Assembly: GCA_951406725.2 (NCBI GenBank)
Contig: CATOCA020000001.1
Location: forward strand, 10,168,001 to 10,232,000
Length of the DNA: 64,000 nt
Direction of reading: 5' to 3'
DNA from: Octopus vulgaris
Taxonomy: Eukaryota
In this document: positions 19,651 through 33,904 of the stretch, piece by piece
How the letters are laid out: the number at the start of each line of letters is the position of its first letter
How positions within the stretch are numbered: position 1 is the stretch's first letter
Notes under the pieces: model-generated
Databases searched by the model: none
What the model saw: only the letters and a program-made list of their open reading frames with translations
Told to the model about the DNA's origin: nothing
Program-made: the position numbers and the translations under genes

Positions 19651-20491
19651 CTATATATATGTGTCTGTGTGTGTGTGTGTGTGTATGTGTGTAAGGGGAG
19701 AGAGATGTATAAATTGTTAGATAAATAAATATTAGTGTATATGTAATTTTCTGAGCTTTTTAATTTGTTTTGCTGTCAATGTTTCTTTTGTTGTTGTTGT
19801 TTCCTTATCCACTTTCTTTATTTTCTTGTGTCTATTTGTGTCCCCAAAGAAATTTGCTTTGTTTGATGTAGGTCCATTTGTTCACTAGCAGTATTGCCCG
19901 GCTCGTGCGCTCGTGCGTTCTATGCACGCGCGAATTAAGCTAAACTTAGTTTTAAAATCAAGCATTTAATGCCCTCTATTTTTGCACTTATGTGTTCCAT
20001 TTCCTCAATAGGAAGTACGTATAAGTGTTTCATAAATTTTTGTTGATCAAATAATTGCATTGTTGAATTATTCTTTTAGATCAGTATTTCTCAACGGGGA
20101 TTTCAGAGGAGAGTTTCAGGGAGTCGCTGGCGATATATTGTGATGATCAAAAATCCGGCCTGCTAAAATTTGGTTAGTGATTCAAACTGCAGACTCAACG
20201 CAAAATGGTCACATTTAATTCAAAGCGTTAAAAATGTTATGAAAACAATTGGCATGAGTTCACAAAGTCCAAACGATTAATACGAAAAAACCCTCCAGGC
20301 TACATCCCGAAAATTCCTTTCTTAGACGAATTTCTACAATGTATGTGTGTAAAAACACCAGGACTTACAAACACATATAACATACAGAAAAATGCACTAC
20401 TAGGCACTGCACAAAGCCTACGCAGAACACTTTCAATACAGTAGCCATCAATACAGTAGCCATCGTTTTTATATCTTGATTATTTATTTTT

Positions 20492-20797
20492 CATGCAATT
20501 TACGCATGCTTGCATGCGGGGTAAACACAGTTCACGTCAAACAGCTGACTGAGTAAAGTTCACTATTCAATGCATGGGATAAGGCTTAAACAAACACATT
20601 ATCGATTTTTGCACTTGCGAGATGAATTTCGGAACAGAAATAGCGCAGTTCAATTTTCATTCGCCTAAACTTTAAGTGACCCATTTTTGGTGGTTCTACG
20701 ATTTGTTGGCTAGGAGGAGATTTGCCGGGAAGTTAAACACACAGGTACACACACAGATACACAGACAGACACACAAGTTGAGTTTTATATATATAGA
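20492..20797 (-). mobile_element. Putative non-autonomous Helitron-like element
   Basis: - strand starts TCTATATATATAAAA followed by a (TG/TCTG) microsatellite; GC-rich hairpin cgcatgc-aa-gcatgcg (20503-20518) near the 3' end; terminal CTRR not intact. Confidence 0.4.
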
Positions 20798-21081
20798 TTT
20801 ACGTTCATGCTTTATTCTTGTTTTCAGTAAAAAAAAGATTAAGTAAAAATGAAATCATGAAAGTGTATTTGAGGAAAAATTTGTATGAACGCTTCTAAAA
20901 CTGGGGTAAGGAAAAATCCTTCGTTACAATACAGTTGCTTGTGGGGTCCCATCGTATTTAACGACCCAACCGGGTTTACAACCACTGCGTATTTAGGGTC
21001 CACGAAACTCATGGTTCGTTAGTTTTGTAAATATATTAGATCCCCCGAGTATGGTTACAGATGTGTGTAGGAGTGCGTTTG

Positions 21082-21118
<37 letters not shown>

Positions 21119-21371
21119 TTTGGTGTTTTCTTTGATATTATTACGCGTTAAAAAAAAAGCTATAATATTTTTATAAATTTCTTCACACTAATTTATCGAA
21201 ATTTAATTTTTTAGCTTTAAATATCCAATCATGAAAACAAAAATATATTTGTCATGTGGAACAGGGGTGAATTTTAGTTCCTTCAGAGAATCTGCAATGT
21301 GAAGTTAATAACATTGAAATCTCTGACATTTCCTATTTTCTTCTTTTACAGATAAATCTACGCCTGGCAAT

Positions 21372-21562
21372 ATGTTTCACCACATAGTATCATATAGACG
21401 GTCTCTTGTGTTGATACTGTGTACGATATTGTTTTTGGAGACTCAAGCTGATTCAGATATATGCAATATATGTAATTGCAATTCACTTACAACGAGAATA
21501 AATTGTGGAGGTCGCAATTTACTATCAATTCCACAACCAATTCCGACGAATGTTGAATATTT
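21372..21562 (+). CDS. Coding exon 1: signal peptide + LRRNT cap (MFHHIVSYRRSLVLILCTILFLETQADSDICNICNCNSLTTRINCGGRNLLSIPQPIPTNVEYL)
   Basis: Acceptor ttcttttacag ends 21351; ATG at 21372; hydrophobic N-terminus; CxxCxC...INCxxRNLxSIPxPIP LRRNT motif; donor TT|gtaagt (phase 2). Confidence 0.9.
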
Positions 21563-23899
21563 GTAAGTATTTGACACTTTCTACGTATTTTCCACATCCA
21601 ATATTTTAAATTCTCATTGATTATGTTCTCAGCTAATCGCTTATGCTGTTTATCTCACAGCTTTAAGCACAATCTTATGTTAGAGTAAAACAAATCGATA
21701 TGTTACCTGCTGTGAAGTCAAATAAACTGTTACTTACCATATTGAATTTATAATATATAACATCGCATACACAGAGATTGGATATGACTAGTATCTGACT
21801 TTGATTTCATTTGTCTGAACTTATCAAATCTTACGGTATATTCAATGAACGGACAGTGTAAAAACTTTAGTGCTAAGAAAACGTGTATTCCACATAGTTA
21901 TATTATATCATTAATTAGTTGAATTGTTGCTTATTATTACAGTAATATGATATAATATCAGTTGATCGTGTCACAGAATAATTGTTAATTATTTTTTTTG
22001 TTAATTTTATAATAGAATATGCAGCGAGCTATCAGAATCGTTGTTCACGCCAGACAAAATGTTAAGCGGTATTTCGTTCGTCTTTACGTTTCGATTTTAA
22101 ATTCTGTCGAGGTTGACTTTGCTTTTCATTCATTTGGAGTCGGTAAAATAAATAGCAATTTATCTCTGAGATCAATGTAAAGGACTTGTCCCTTTCCCAA
22201 AATTTCAGGTTTGTTCCTATAGAAGAAATGATTATTTTTATAATTAAAAATGAAACAGATGGATTAAACAGCAGATAATGACGAGATCCGCTTAAATTGC
22301 CAAATTCTTAAAATACCTAAGTGAAGAAATCAAAATAGTGTTGTTTTAACAAATTATGAGGAATTTATTTTTGATAGAATGTCATCAGTAAAATTTACCC
22401 TATCATGAACACAATAAACCTTATTACAAAATTATGCAAGCTTAATTGAAGTGTCGGCTGATTGATGTATCCCCGTTCACCTGAAAATTTACGTAATTTT
22501 TAAGTAAATTATTAAAATTTAACATCTCAAGAAATGGAATAGAATAATACATGTTATGATACATGCAATCATAACAAATATTCTGTTGCAACACATTGCT
22601 CTTCCAGGTGATTATTTCCAGTTAATTGGCTTGCATCGTTGCATTAATCACCTTAAACTTTCAGTTTTAATCAAATATTCTAATACTAAAGTGGATCAAT
22701 TCATTCGATCAGATCTATTTCTCAAAACATTTGGAACGTTTTGACAAAATGAGAAATCCTAATGTAAAATAAAGAGAAAAGTTTCAATAATGGAATTTCT
22801 AAATCTCGTATAACTCAAGATGTTGAATAGTAAAGTTGAAGTTCTGTTTAATAAGTTAAGATATTCTCATCGTTCATAACTTGAGCGAGGTTTGGCACAA
22901 ATCATTTGACCGTCTAGCAGAATACATTGCGTTCTGACACACGGCAATCTGACTTCAAATCCCGCCAAGGTCAACCTTGGGTCATTCATTTCCGAGATCA
23001 ATAAAGAACCATAACAGTTCAATGAACAAATGCAACTATGAGGACCTCGAATAAGACACCTTGCAGTATATTGTCCAGGTGTTTGTGATCTGAGTTAAAA
23101 TCCCACACTTTTTATTTTACCGATTTTGGAGAAAGGATCAGACAAGTTTTTTAACCCCTGCAAGATCTCCAATACTTGTGAGACAGATATCATTAATATT
23201 CCGCTTGAGCTGTTGCAGGTCAACCTTTACAGAAATGATGAACAGGGATACTCTTCAGGAGATGAAGGATTTAGCATAGGTAGTTAATAATGGGAACAAA
23301 CAGAGGTTTAATACAGCAAGGGTAAGGAGCAAAGGGCTAAACAAAGACTAAAAAACTAAGGCAATGTATGTTGCCACATCCCTTTTTTAAATAACACCCT
23401 TAACCAGTTAAATCACCATGTAAGGTTGTTCTCCTTTGTAGCACATAACTCAAAATTAAATAAGGGTTTCCCCACTCTACCATCACCAATTCTATTAATA
23501 AATCCCTTTCTATTTCTGTTATGTTTTCCTTCCTAGTCTATTATTTCAGTCTTGACGTTTTGGGGGTTTATTTATTTTTGTGAAGAACTTTTATGCATCA
23601 ATTATACAAAGGAAAGGAGTTTACTTTTGCAAAGATAAATTACTTTTTACAGCAAAGTGTAATAACAAATAGAATGCTCATTGGACAGAAACAAGATATT
23701 TATAAATAAAGCTGACTTCTGAGATGATAAAAATATCTTCCACTGAAAACTGATGTTGCAACGAAGGCTTTGTAAATCTAATTCAAATCACAAATATTTT
23801 GAACATCCATTCTTCTCTCATATTTTACATGCATGTGTGTTTTTCATTCATACTTTACGTAGTGACTTAAATCTGTTTTATATCTTATATAATAAAATA

Positions 23900-24665
23900 T
23901 ACGTAAATGCAAACAGAACCTTCGTGAAGAAGAAAAGGAAGCTTACAAACTGAAGAAGGACAATTCAATCATCCTAAAAGAAACCGATTAGAGAAGGGTG
24001 ATAGCAGTCACGGACCAAGACTACTATAAAGATAAAATATTGGAAACAGACTAATCCTGCTCAAGGAAGAACCAAGACACCCGGAGAAAGTAATAGTGAA
24101 TACACTCAAAAGTCTGATAAATGAATACCAACGTTCGTTCCCAGATAAAGAGAAAGATTATTTATGCAGCTCTGTAATGAAAGAGAGTAATTTCTATGGA
24201 TCACCCAAGATCCACGAATGCTCCAAAATGCAAGGATCAGCATATAAAAGTACTAAGACCTACTGACATCAAATTGAGACCAACAGTTGCTGGACCTTGA
24301 GCCCCAACACAACAACTGAGCCATCTTTTGGATATACTCCTCAAACCGTTATGCCCATTAATGGCCAGCTATACCCGAGACGATAAGGATTTCCTCAAGC
24401 ACATTCCACCCACTGTCCCAGAACGTACTATACTTAAAATATTTGACTAATCTTTGTACTAATACATCACACTTTGGGCCTGGAAGCAATCAAACACTGG
24501 GTAGAAAAACATAGCGGACGGATGGACGAACGCTTCAAAACGCATTTCCAAAGACACACGCCGGGAACTAGAAGACAACACCTTTAGATTCGATAATAAA
24601 CTATATCGACAGGTAAAAAGAACACCACTACCGGGACGAGGTTCGCACACATTCTCGAACCCAGA
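23900..24665 (+). mobile_element. Degenerate Penelope-like RT fragment in intron 1
   Basis: Decayed motifs NSIILKE.D, NFYG.PKIH, LRP.VAGP, SY.RDDKDFL, FRFDNKLYRQVK...GTRFA with frameshifts and stops. Confidence 0.7.
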
Positions 24666-25549
24666 GGTAGATATACATATGTGTGTATGTGCGTATATAT
24701 GCATACATGTGCGTGTATGTGTGTGGATGTGTTTGTTGGTACATAGAGACGCGAAGCGGATACTCGAGGTTGTGCAAGTCAAGAAGGAAATAAACATGAA
24801 ACGGCTGTCACATTGAGACATTCTTCTCCTCCTGCTGTTTCTTCTTCTTCTTCTTCTTCTTCTTCTTCTTCTTCTTCTTCTTCTTCTTCTTCTTCTTCTC
24901 CGTCTTCTTCTTCTTCTTCTTTTTCTTCTCCCTCCTCTTCTCCCTCTTCGTCTTCGTCTTCTTCTTCCTTTTCTTCTTCTTCTTTTTCTTCCTTTTCTTC
25001 GTCTTCTTCCTTTTCTTCGTCTTCTTCTTTTTCTTCTCCCTCTTATTCTTCCTCTTCTTCTTCTTCTTCTTCTTCTTCTTCTTCTTCTTCTTCTTTTTCT
25101 TCTTCTTTTTCTTCTCTGTACTTTCTGCTTCGTCACTGGTCTCCCTCTTTTCCATTCTCTGCCAATTCTTCCTCTTATTCTCATTCTCCTGCTCTTCCTG
25201 CTCCTTCTGCTGCTACCCCCAGCTGCCCCTCCTCAGTCATCCCTTCCTTTGTCCTCCTCCTAACATCCCCGCCTCTCCACATCCTCCGCCTCCTCCACCT
25301 CCTCCGCCTCCTCCACCTCCTCGTCAATTCTCCTTCCTCTTTCTTCTTCTTCTTCTTCTTCTTCTTCTTCTTCTTCTTCTTCTTCTCCTACTCAACCTTC
25401 TTCTCCTCCTTCTTCTTCTTCTTCTTTCTTCTTCTTCTTCTTCGTTATCTTTCTTCTTTTTCTTCCTTTCATTCTGAAGTCAAAGTGTTTGATGTCGCAT
25501 CACAAATATTTTCCATATAATCTATTTTACTCTTTCTTTACTGCTATAG

Positions 25550-25621
25550 ATATCTGTACGAGAACAACATTGCAACCATCAAAGAAGGTACATTCACGGG
25601 GCTTTCAAATTTAAAAGAATT
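25550..25621 (+). CDS. LRR cassette exon 2 (YLYENNIATIKEGTFTGLSNLKE-)
   Basis: 72 nt, ctgctatag|A ... TT|gtaag, phase 2-2, typical 24-aa LRR consensus. Confidence 0.92.
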
Positions 25622-27784
25622 GTAAGTTCGTTTAATTTCTTGATACTATTTTCCGAAAGTAATAATTGATGCTGATATATAAGCTCACAAATGTATAAAA
25701 TTTCAGACTGCGCCAAACAAAATCAATTCGAATTTGTAGAATGAACAAGATTTAGGAAGATACAAAGAGAATATGAGAGATTGAGACAATGTGAAAGAAA
25801 GAGAGAGAATTTGAGACAGAAAATGAAATAATAGGAAAAATATAATGTTCCTTTATTGTAGTTGCTTTGTTTCAATTCGCATCTCAATAACTCATTTTTG
25901 TTCCCCAAATTTCAATGATTTTGATATGAATTTGTATTAGAAATGGTAACGTTTGTGAGTGTACATGTTTGCATCAAATATTTTTAGCTGAAGTATATGT
26001 GTATGTTCATATATAAGTGTAGTTCTGTGTGAAATATGAATATATTATTCCTTTATTTTATATTTTGCATCTTCCTCCATTTCTTATTTCAATATTCTCC
26101 TTCGTGTTTCGATATTATCATTCAATTTCGAATTTTGTCATTCACTTCACGTTATTTATGTAATAGACTAACTGAAGTGGAAGCGGAAAATATATATTCG
26201 AATAATATAGTCACATACATTCTATCTGTAAACCTGAAATACTTACTGTACTTGTAAGCTGGAATATTTGGCCTGATACAATGAAACAGCTGATATATTT
26301 CTTGTGAGCGTGTGTTTTCTAATATTCTTGTGACAATGAAGCGATATGAAATAAATAATCTCTCTCACCATATTTCCCTAAGGGTGAGTGGGAATATGTG
26401 TGATGTGAGTGTGCATACCGCATTCCGTCGTTGTTACTATGAATATAAGAATGCGTATGAGTGCATTTGAATATGTTGATTTCTGATTCCGTATATTCCC
26501 TGATTTTTCAGCCATGTCTTCTCGCCCAAAATTTATCGATCTATCCTTGAATTATTTCCTGATATTTTGAGAACATTTTCAGTTTCATCATGAACGCCAT
26601 GATTTTCAATGTGTCTTCTTCTTCTTCTTTTTGTTCTTTTTGTTGTTGTTGTTGTTCTTCTTCTTCTTATCTTCTTATCTTCTTCTTCTTCTTCTTCTTC
26701 TTCTTCTTCTTCTTCTTCTTCTTCTTCTTCTTCTTCTTCTTCCTCTGCCTATCCTCCTGCAACTCCTCCTGCTCCTTCTTTTTCTTCTATTCATCTTCTT
26801 CTTCTTCTACTTCTACTTCTTCTTCTGCTTCTTCTTCTTCTTCTTCTTCTTCTTCTTCTTCTCCTTCTTCCTCCTCCTCTCCTCCTTCTCCTCCTCCTCC
26901 TTCTTCTTCTTTTCTTCTTCTTCTACTCCTCCACCTCCTCATCCCCCTACTACTCTTTTTTCTATTTTTTCTTCATCTTCATCTTCATTTTCTTTTCATA
27001 ATTCTCTTCCTATCAATCTCCCTCGATCTCCTCCTCCTTTCTCTTCTTGTTATTCTCCTCCTCACATCCCTGTCCCCCTACTGCTCCTTTTTCTTCTTCT
27101 TCTTCTACTTTCCCTCCTCGTCTTCCTCCTTCTTTCCTTTTTCTTCATCTTCTCTTTCTTCAACTTCATTTTTTCTTCTCCTACTTCATCTACTTCTCCT
27201 CCTCCTTTTCTTCTTCTTATCTTCTTCTTCTTTTACTTCTCCTACTTCTCCTTCCCCCTTCAACCACCTCCTCCTCCCCCTTTTTCCTCCTCTTCCTTCT
27301 TCTACTTCTTCTGTTTTTTCTTCTTCTTTTTCTTCTTTCTTCTTCTTCTTCTTCTTCTTCTTCTTCTTCCTATTCTTTTTCTCCTTCTTCTTCTACTTCG
27401 TTTTCTTCTTCGCCTCCTCCTCCTCCTTCTTCATCTTGTTTTTCTTTTACTTCTTCGTTTTCTTCTTCTTCTTCTTGTAATTCTCCCTCTCCATCCTCTT
27501 CATCCTCATCCTTCTTCTTCTTCTTTTTCTTCTCCCTTCTTTTTTTTCTTCTTCTTCTGTCTTTCAATACTTTTTCGGTTTTCATCTTGAACACCTTCAT
27601 TTTCCATGTCTTCTTCTTCTTCTTCTTTTTCTTCTCTTCTCCTCCTCCTCCTCCTCCTTCTTCTCCTTCTTCTTCCTCGTTATCTTTCTTCTTTTTCTTC
27701 CTTTCATTCTGAAGTCAAAGTGTTTGGTGTCGCATCACAAATATTTTCCATATAATCTATTTTACTCTTTCTTTACTGCTATAG

Positions 27785-27856
27785 TGCTCTGCAAGAGAAC
27801 AACATTGCAACCATCAAAGAAGGTGCATTCACGGGGCTTTCAAATTTAAAAGAATT
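27785..27856 (+). CDS. LRR cassette exon 3 (ALQENNIATIKEGAFTGLSNLKE-)
   Basis: 72 nt, ctgctatag|T ... TT|gtaag, phase 2-2. Confidence 0.9.
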
Positions 27857-30486
27857 GTAAGTTCGTTCAGTTTCTTGATATTATTTTCCGAAAGTAATAA
27901 TTGATGCTGATATATAAGCTCACAAATATATAAAATTTCAGATTGCATCGAACAAAATCAATTCAAATTTGTAAAATGAACACGATTTAGGAAGATACAA
28001 AGAGAATATGAGAGATTGAGACAATGTGAAAGAAAGAGAGAGAAATTGAGAGAGAAAGTGAAATAATAGGAAAAATATAATGTTCCTTTATTGTAGTTGC
28101 TTTGTTTCAATTCGCATCTCAATAACTCATTTTTGTTCCCCAAATTTCAATGATTTTGATATGAATTTGTATTAGAAATTGTAACGTTTGTGAGTTTACA
28201 TGTTTGCATCAAATATTTTTAGCTGAAGTATATGTGTATGTTCATATATAAGTGTAGTTCTGTGTGATATGTGACTATATTATTTCTTTATTTTATATTT
28301 TGCATCCTCCTCCATTTCTTATTTCAATATTCTCCTTCGGGTTTCGATATTTTCATTCAACTTCGAATTTTGTCATTCACTTCACGTTATTTATGTAATA
28401 GAGCAACTGAAGTGGAAGCGGAAAATATATATTCGAATAATATAGTCACATACATTCTATCTGTAAACCTGAAATACTTACTGTACTTGTAATCTGGAAT
28501 ATTTCGCCTGATACTATTAAACTGCTGATATATTTCTTGTGAGCGTGTGTTTTCTAATATTCTTGTGACAATGAAGCGATATGAAATAAATAATCTCTCT
28601 CACCATATGTCCACAAGGGTGAGTGGGAATATGTGTGATGTGAGTGTGCATACCTCATTCCGTCGTTGATACTATGAATATAAGAATGCGAATGAGTGCA
28701 TTTGAATATGTTGATTTCTGATTCCGTATATTCCCTGATTTTTCAGCCATGTCTTCTCGCCCAAAATTTATCGATCTATCCTTGAATTATTTCCTGATAT
28801 TTTAAGAACATTTTCAGTTTCATCTTGAACGCCATAATTTTCAATGTATCTTCTTCTTCTTCTTCTTCTTCTTCTTCTTCTTCTTCTTCTTCTTCTTCTT
28901 CTTCTTCTTCTTCTTCTTCTTCTTCTTCTTCTTCTTCTTCTCCCTCTCCTTCTCCTTCTTCTTCTTCTTCTTCTTCTCCTCCCTCTTCTACTTCTTTTTC
29001 TTCCTCTTCCTCTCCTCCTGCTGCTCCTTCTCCTCCTTCTTTTTCTTCTCTTCTTTTTCTTCTTTTCCTTCTTCTTCTTCTTCTTCTTCTTCTTCTCTTC
29101 TTTTCTTTTTCTTCTCTTTCTACTCCTCTTACTCCTTCTTCCTCTTCTAATTTCTTTCTTCTTCTTATTCTTCATTTTCTTCTTTAAATTCTCTTCCCCT
29201 CCACTCCGCCCCTCCTCCTCATTTTTCTACTTGTAATTCTCCTCCTCCCCACCTCTCCTTCTCGTTTTTCTTTTTCTTCTTCTTCTACTTTATCTTCTTC
29301 CTCTTCTTCTTCTTCGTCTTCTTCTTCTTCTTCTTCTTCTTCTTCTTCTCCTTCTCCTTATTCTTTTTCTTCTTCTCTCGCTTCTACTTTTTTCTTCCTC
29401 TTCTTCTCCTACATCCTCTTCTACTTTCAACTTTTTCAACTCCTCCTCCTCCTCCTCCTCCTTCTTCTTCTTATTCTTTTTCTTTTTCTTCTACTCCTAC
29501 TTTTCCCCTTCATTGCTTCCTCCTCCTTTTTCCTTTTCCTTCTTCTACTTATTTTTTCCTCTTCTTTCTTTCTTCCCAATCCTCTCCGCCCCTCCTCCTC
29601 CTTTTTTTCTTGTAATTCTCCTCCTCCCCCTCCTCTCCCGCTTCTTTTTCTTCTTCTTCTGCGTTTTCTTCTTCTTCTTTTCCTCCTCCTCCTTTTTCTT
29701 TTCTTCTTCTCATTTTTCTACTCTTTTTTCTTCTTATACTTCTCCTTCTTCTTCTTCTTCTACTACTTTCTACTTCAACATCTACTTCTCCTCCTACTCC
29801 TCTTTCTTCTTCTTATATTCTTCTTTTTGTTATTCTCATCCTACTCCTCCTTCATCTTCTTCTTTTTCATCTTCTCCTACTTATTCTTTCCCATCATTCT
29901 CCTCCTTTTTCCTCCTCTTCCTTCTTTCTCTTCTTATTCTTCTTCTTTTTCTTCCTCTCCTTCTTTCTACTTCTTCTCCTTCTCCTCCTCCTCCTCCTCC
30001 TCCTCCTTCTTCATCTTCTTTTTCTTTTTCCTGCTTCTACTTCCTCTACGTCTTCTTCTTGTTCTTCTCTTCTTTCTTGTTGCAATTCTACTTCTTCCTC
30101 TCCCCCTCCCCATCCTCCTTCATTTTCTTTTTCTTCTTTTTCTTTTTCTTCTTCTTCTTCTTCTTTCTACTTCTTCATCTACTTGTCATCCTCCTCCTCC
30201 TCCTCCTCCTTCTTCTTTTACTTTTTCCGCTTCTACTTCTTCCCTTTTACCATCCTCCTCCTCCTTTTTCCTCCTAAACCTTCTTCTTCTTCTTTTTCTT
30301 CTTCTTCTTTCTTCTTCTACTGATTCTTATTCTTCTTCTTTTTCTTCTTCTTCACCTCCTCCTCCTCCTCCTTCTTCTTCGTCATCTTTCTGCCTTTTCT
30401 TCCTTTTTTTCTGAAGTCACAGCGTTTGATGTCGTATCACAAATATTTTCAATATAATCTATTTTACTCTTTCTTTACTACCACAG

Positions 30487-30558
30487 AGCTCTTTGGGGCA
30501 ACAACATAGCAACCATCAAAGAAGGAGCATTCACGGGGCTTTCGAATTTAAAAGAATT
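30487..30558 (+). CDS. LRR cassette exon 4 (ALWGNNIATIKEGAFTGLSNLKE-)
   Basis: 72 nt, ctaccacag|A ... TT|gtaag, phase 2-2. Confidence 0.92.
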
Positions 30559-32482
30559 GTAAGTTCGTTCAGTTTCTTGATACTATTTTCCGAAAGTAAT
30601 AATTGATGCTGATATATAAGCTCACAAATGTATAATATTTCAGACTCCACCAAACAAAATCAATTCAAATTTGTAGAATGAACAAGATTTAGGAAGATAC
30701 AAAGAGAATATGAAAGAGCGAGACAATGTGAAAAAAGAGAGAGAATTTGAGAGAGGAATTGAGATAATAGGAAGAATATAATGTTCCTTTATTGTAGTTG
30801 CTTTGTTTCAATTCGCATCTCAATAACTCATTTTTGTTCCCCAAATTTCAATGATTTTGATATGAATTTGTATTAGAAATGGTAACGTTTGTGAGTTTAC
30901 ATGTTTGCATCAAATATTTTTAGCTGAAGTATGTGTGTATGTTCATATATAAGTGTAGTTCTGTGTGAAATGTGACTATATTATTCTTTTATTTTATATT
31001 TTGCATCCTCCTCCATTTCTTATTCCAATATTCTCCTTCGTGTTTCGATATTATCACACCAACTTCGAATTTTGTCATTCACTTCACGTTATTTATGTAA
31101 TAGAGCAACTGAAGTGGAAGCGGAAAATATATAATCGAATAATATAGTCACATACATTCTTTCTGTAAACCTGAAATACTTACTGTACTTGTAAACTGGA
31201 ATATTTGGCCTGATACAATTAAACTGCTGATATATTTCTTGTAAGCGTATGTTTTCTAATATTCTTGTGACAATGAAGCGATATGAAATAAATAATCTCT
31301 CTCACTATATTTCCACAAGGGTGAGTGGGAATATGTGTGATGTGAGTGTGCATACCGCATTCCGTCGTTGATACTATGAATATAAAAATGCGTATGAGTG
31401 CATTTGAATATTTTGATTTCTGATTCCGTATATTCCCTGATTTTTCAGCCATGTCATCTCGCCCAAAATTTATCGATCTATCCTTGAATTATTTCCTGAT
31501 TTTTTAAGAACATTTTCAGTTTAATCTTGAACGCCATAATTTTCAATGTATTTTCTTCGTCTTCTTCTTCTTCTTCTTCTTCTTCTCCTCCCTCTTGTTC
31601 TTCTTCTTCTTCTTCTTCTTCTTCTTCTTCTTCTTCTCCTTCTCCTTCTTCTTCTTCTTCTTCTTCTTCTTCTTCTTCTTCTTCTTCTTCTTCTTCCTCT
31701 CCTCCTGCTGCTCCTTCTCCTCCTTCTTTTTCTTCTCTTCTTTTTCTTCTTTTCCTTCTTCTTCTTCTTCTTCTTCTTCTCTTCTTTTCTTTTTCTTCTA
31801 CTTCTACTCCTCCTACTCCTTCTTCCTCTTCTAATTTCTTTCTTCTTCTTATTCTTCATTTTCTTCTTTAAATTCTCTCCCCCTCCACTCCGCCCCTCCT
31901 CCTCATTTTTCTTCTTGTAATTCTCCTCCTCCCCTCCTCTCCTGCTCGTTTTTCTTCTTCTTCTTCTTCTTCTTCTTCTTCTTCTTCTTCTTCTTCTTCT
32001 TCTTCTTCTTCTTCTTCTTCTTCTTCTCCTTCTCCTTATTCTTTTTCTTCTTCTCTCGCTTCTACATATTTCTTCTTGTTCTCCTACATCCACTTCTACT
32101 TTCAACTTTTTCAACTTCTCCTCCTTCTCCTCCTCCTTCTTCTTCTTATTCTTCTTCTTTTTCTTCTACTCCTACTTTTCCCCTTCATTGCTTCCTCCTC
32201 CTTTTTCCTCTTCCTTCTTCTACTTCTTTTTTCCTCTTCTTTCTTTCTTCCCAATCCTCTCCGCCCCTCCTCCTCCTTTTTTCTTGTAATTCTCCTCCTC
32301 CCCCTCCTCTCCCGCTTCTTTTTCTTCTTCTTCTGCGTCTTCTTCTAATTCTTCTCCTTCTTCTTCTTCTTTCTACTTCTTCATCTACTTGTCATCCTCC
32401 TCCTCCTCCTTCTTCTTCTTTTACTTTTTCCGCTACTACTTCTTCCCTCTTACCATCCTCCTCCTCCTTTTCCCTCCTATTC

Positions 32483-32513
<31 letters not shown>

Positions 32514-33832
32514 TTCTCCTTTCTTCTTCTACTGATTCTTATTCTTCTTCTTTTTCTTCTTCTTCGCCTCCTCCTCCTCCTCCTTCTTCTTCTTCCTTTT
32601 CTTCTTCGTTATCTTTCTTCTTTTTCTTCCTTTCATTCTGCGTTTGATGTCATCTCGCCCAAAATTTATCGATCTATCCTTGAATTATTTCCTGATTTTT
32701 TAAGAACATTTTCAGTTTAATCTTGAACGCCATAATTTTCAATGTATTTTCTTCGTCTTCTTCTTCTTCTTCTTCCTCTGCCTATCCTCCTGCACCTCCT
32801 CCTGCTGCTTCTTTTTCTTCTATTCATCTTCTTCTTCTACTTCTACTTCTACTTCTGCATCTTCTTCTTCTTCTTCTTCTTCTTCTTCTTCTTCTTCTTC
32901 TACTACTTCTCCTTCTTCCTCCTCCTCTCCTCCTTCTCCTCCTTCTCCTCCTTCTCCTCCTCCTCCTTCTTCTTCTTTTCTTCTTCTTCTACTCCTCCAC
33001 CTCCTCATCCCCCTACTACTGTTTTTTCTATTTTTTTCTTCATCTTCATCTTCATTTTCTTTTCATAATTCTCTTCCTATCAATCTCCCTCGATCTCCTC
33101 CTCCTTTCTCTTCTTGTTATTCTCCTCCTCACATCCCTTTCCCCCTTCTTCTACTTTCCCTCCTCGTCTTCCTCCTTCTTTCCTTTTTCTTCATCTTCTC
33201 TTTCTTCAACTTCATTTTTTCTTCTCCTACTTCATCTACTTTTCCTCCTCCTTTTCTTCTTCTTAACTTATTCTTCTTTTACTTCTCCTACTATTCCTTC
33301 CCCCTTCAACCACCTCCTCCCCCCTTTTTCCTCCTCTTCCTTCTTCTACTTCTTCTGTTTTTTCTTCTTCTTTTTCTCCTTCCTCTCTTCTTCTTCTTCT
33401 TCTTCTTCTTCCTATTCTTTTTCTCCTTCTTCTTCTACTTCGTTTTCTTCTTCGCCTCCTCCTCCTCCTTCTTCATCTTGTTTTTCTTTTACTTCTTCGT
33501 TTTCTTCTTCTTCTTCTTCTTCTTCTTCTTGTAATTCTCCCTCTCCCTCCTCTTCATCCTCATCCTTCTTCTTCTTCTTTTTCTTCTCCTTCTTCTTCTT
33601 TTTTTTCTTCTTCTGTCTTTCAATACATTTTCGGTTTTCATCTGGAACACCTTCATTTTCCAAGTCTTCTTCTTTTTCTTCTTTTTCTTCTTCTTCTCCT
33701 CCTCCTCCTCCTCCTTCTTCTTCCTCGTTATCTTTCTTCTTTTTCTTCCTTTCATTCTGAAGTCACATTGTTTGATGTCGCATCACAAATATTTTCCATA
33801 TAATCTATTTTACTCTTTCTTTACTGCTATAG

Positions 33833-33904
33833 AGCCCTGTACGAGAACAAGATTTCAACCATCAAAGAAGGTGTATTCACGGGGCTTTCGAATTTAAAGA
33901 CATT
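33833..33904 (+). CDS. LRR cassette exon 5 (ALYENKISTIKEGVFTGLSNLKT-)
   Basis: 72 nt, ctgctatag|A ... TT|gtaag, phase 2-2. Confidence 0.92.
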
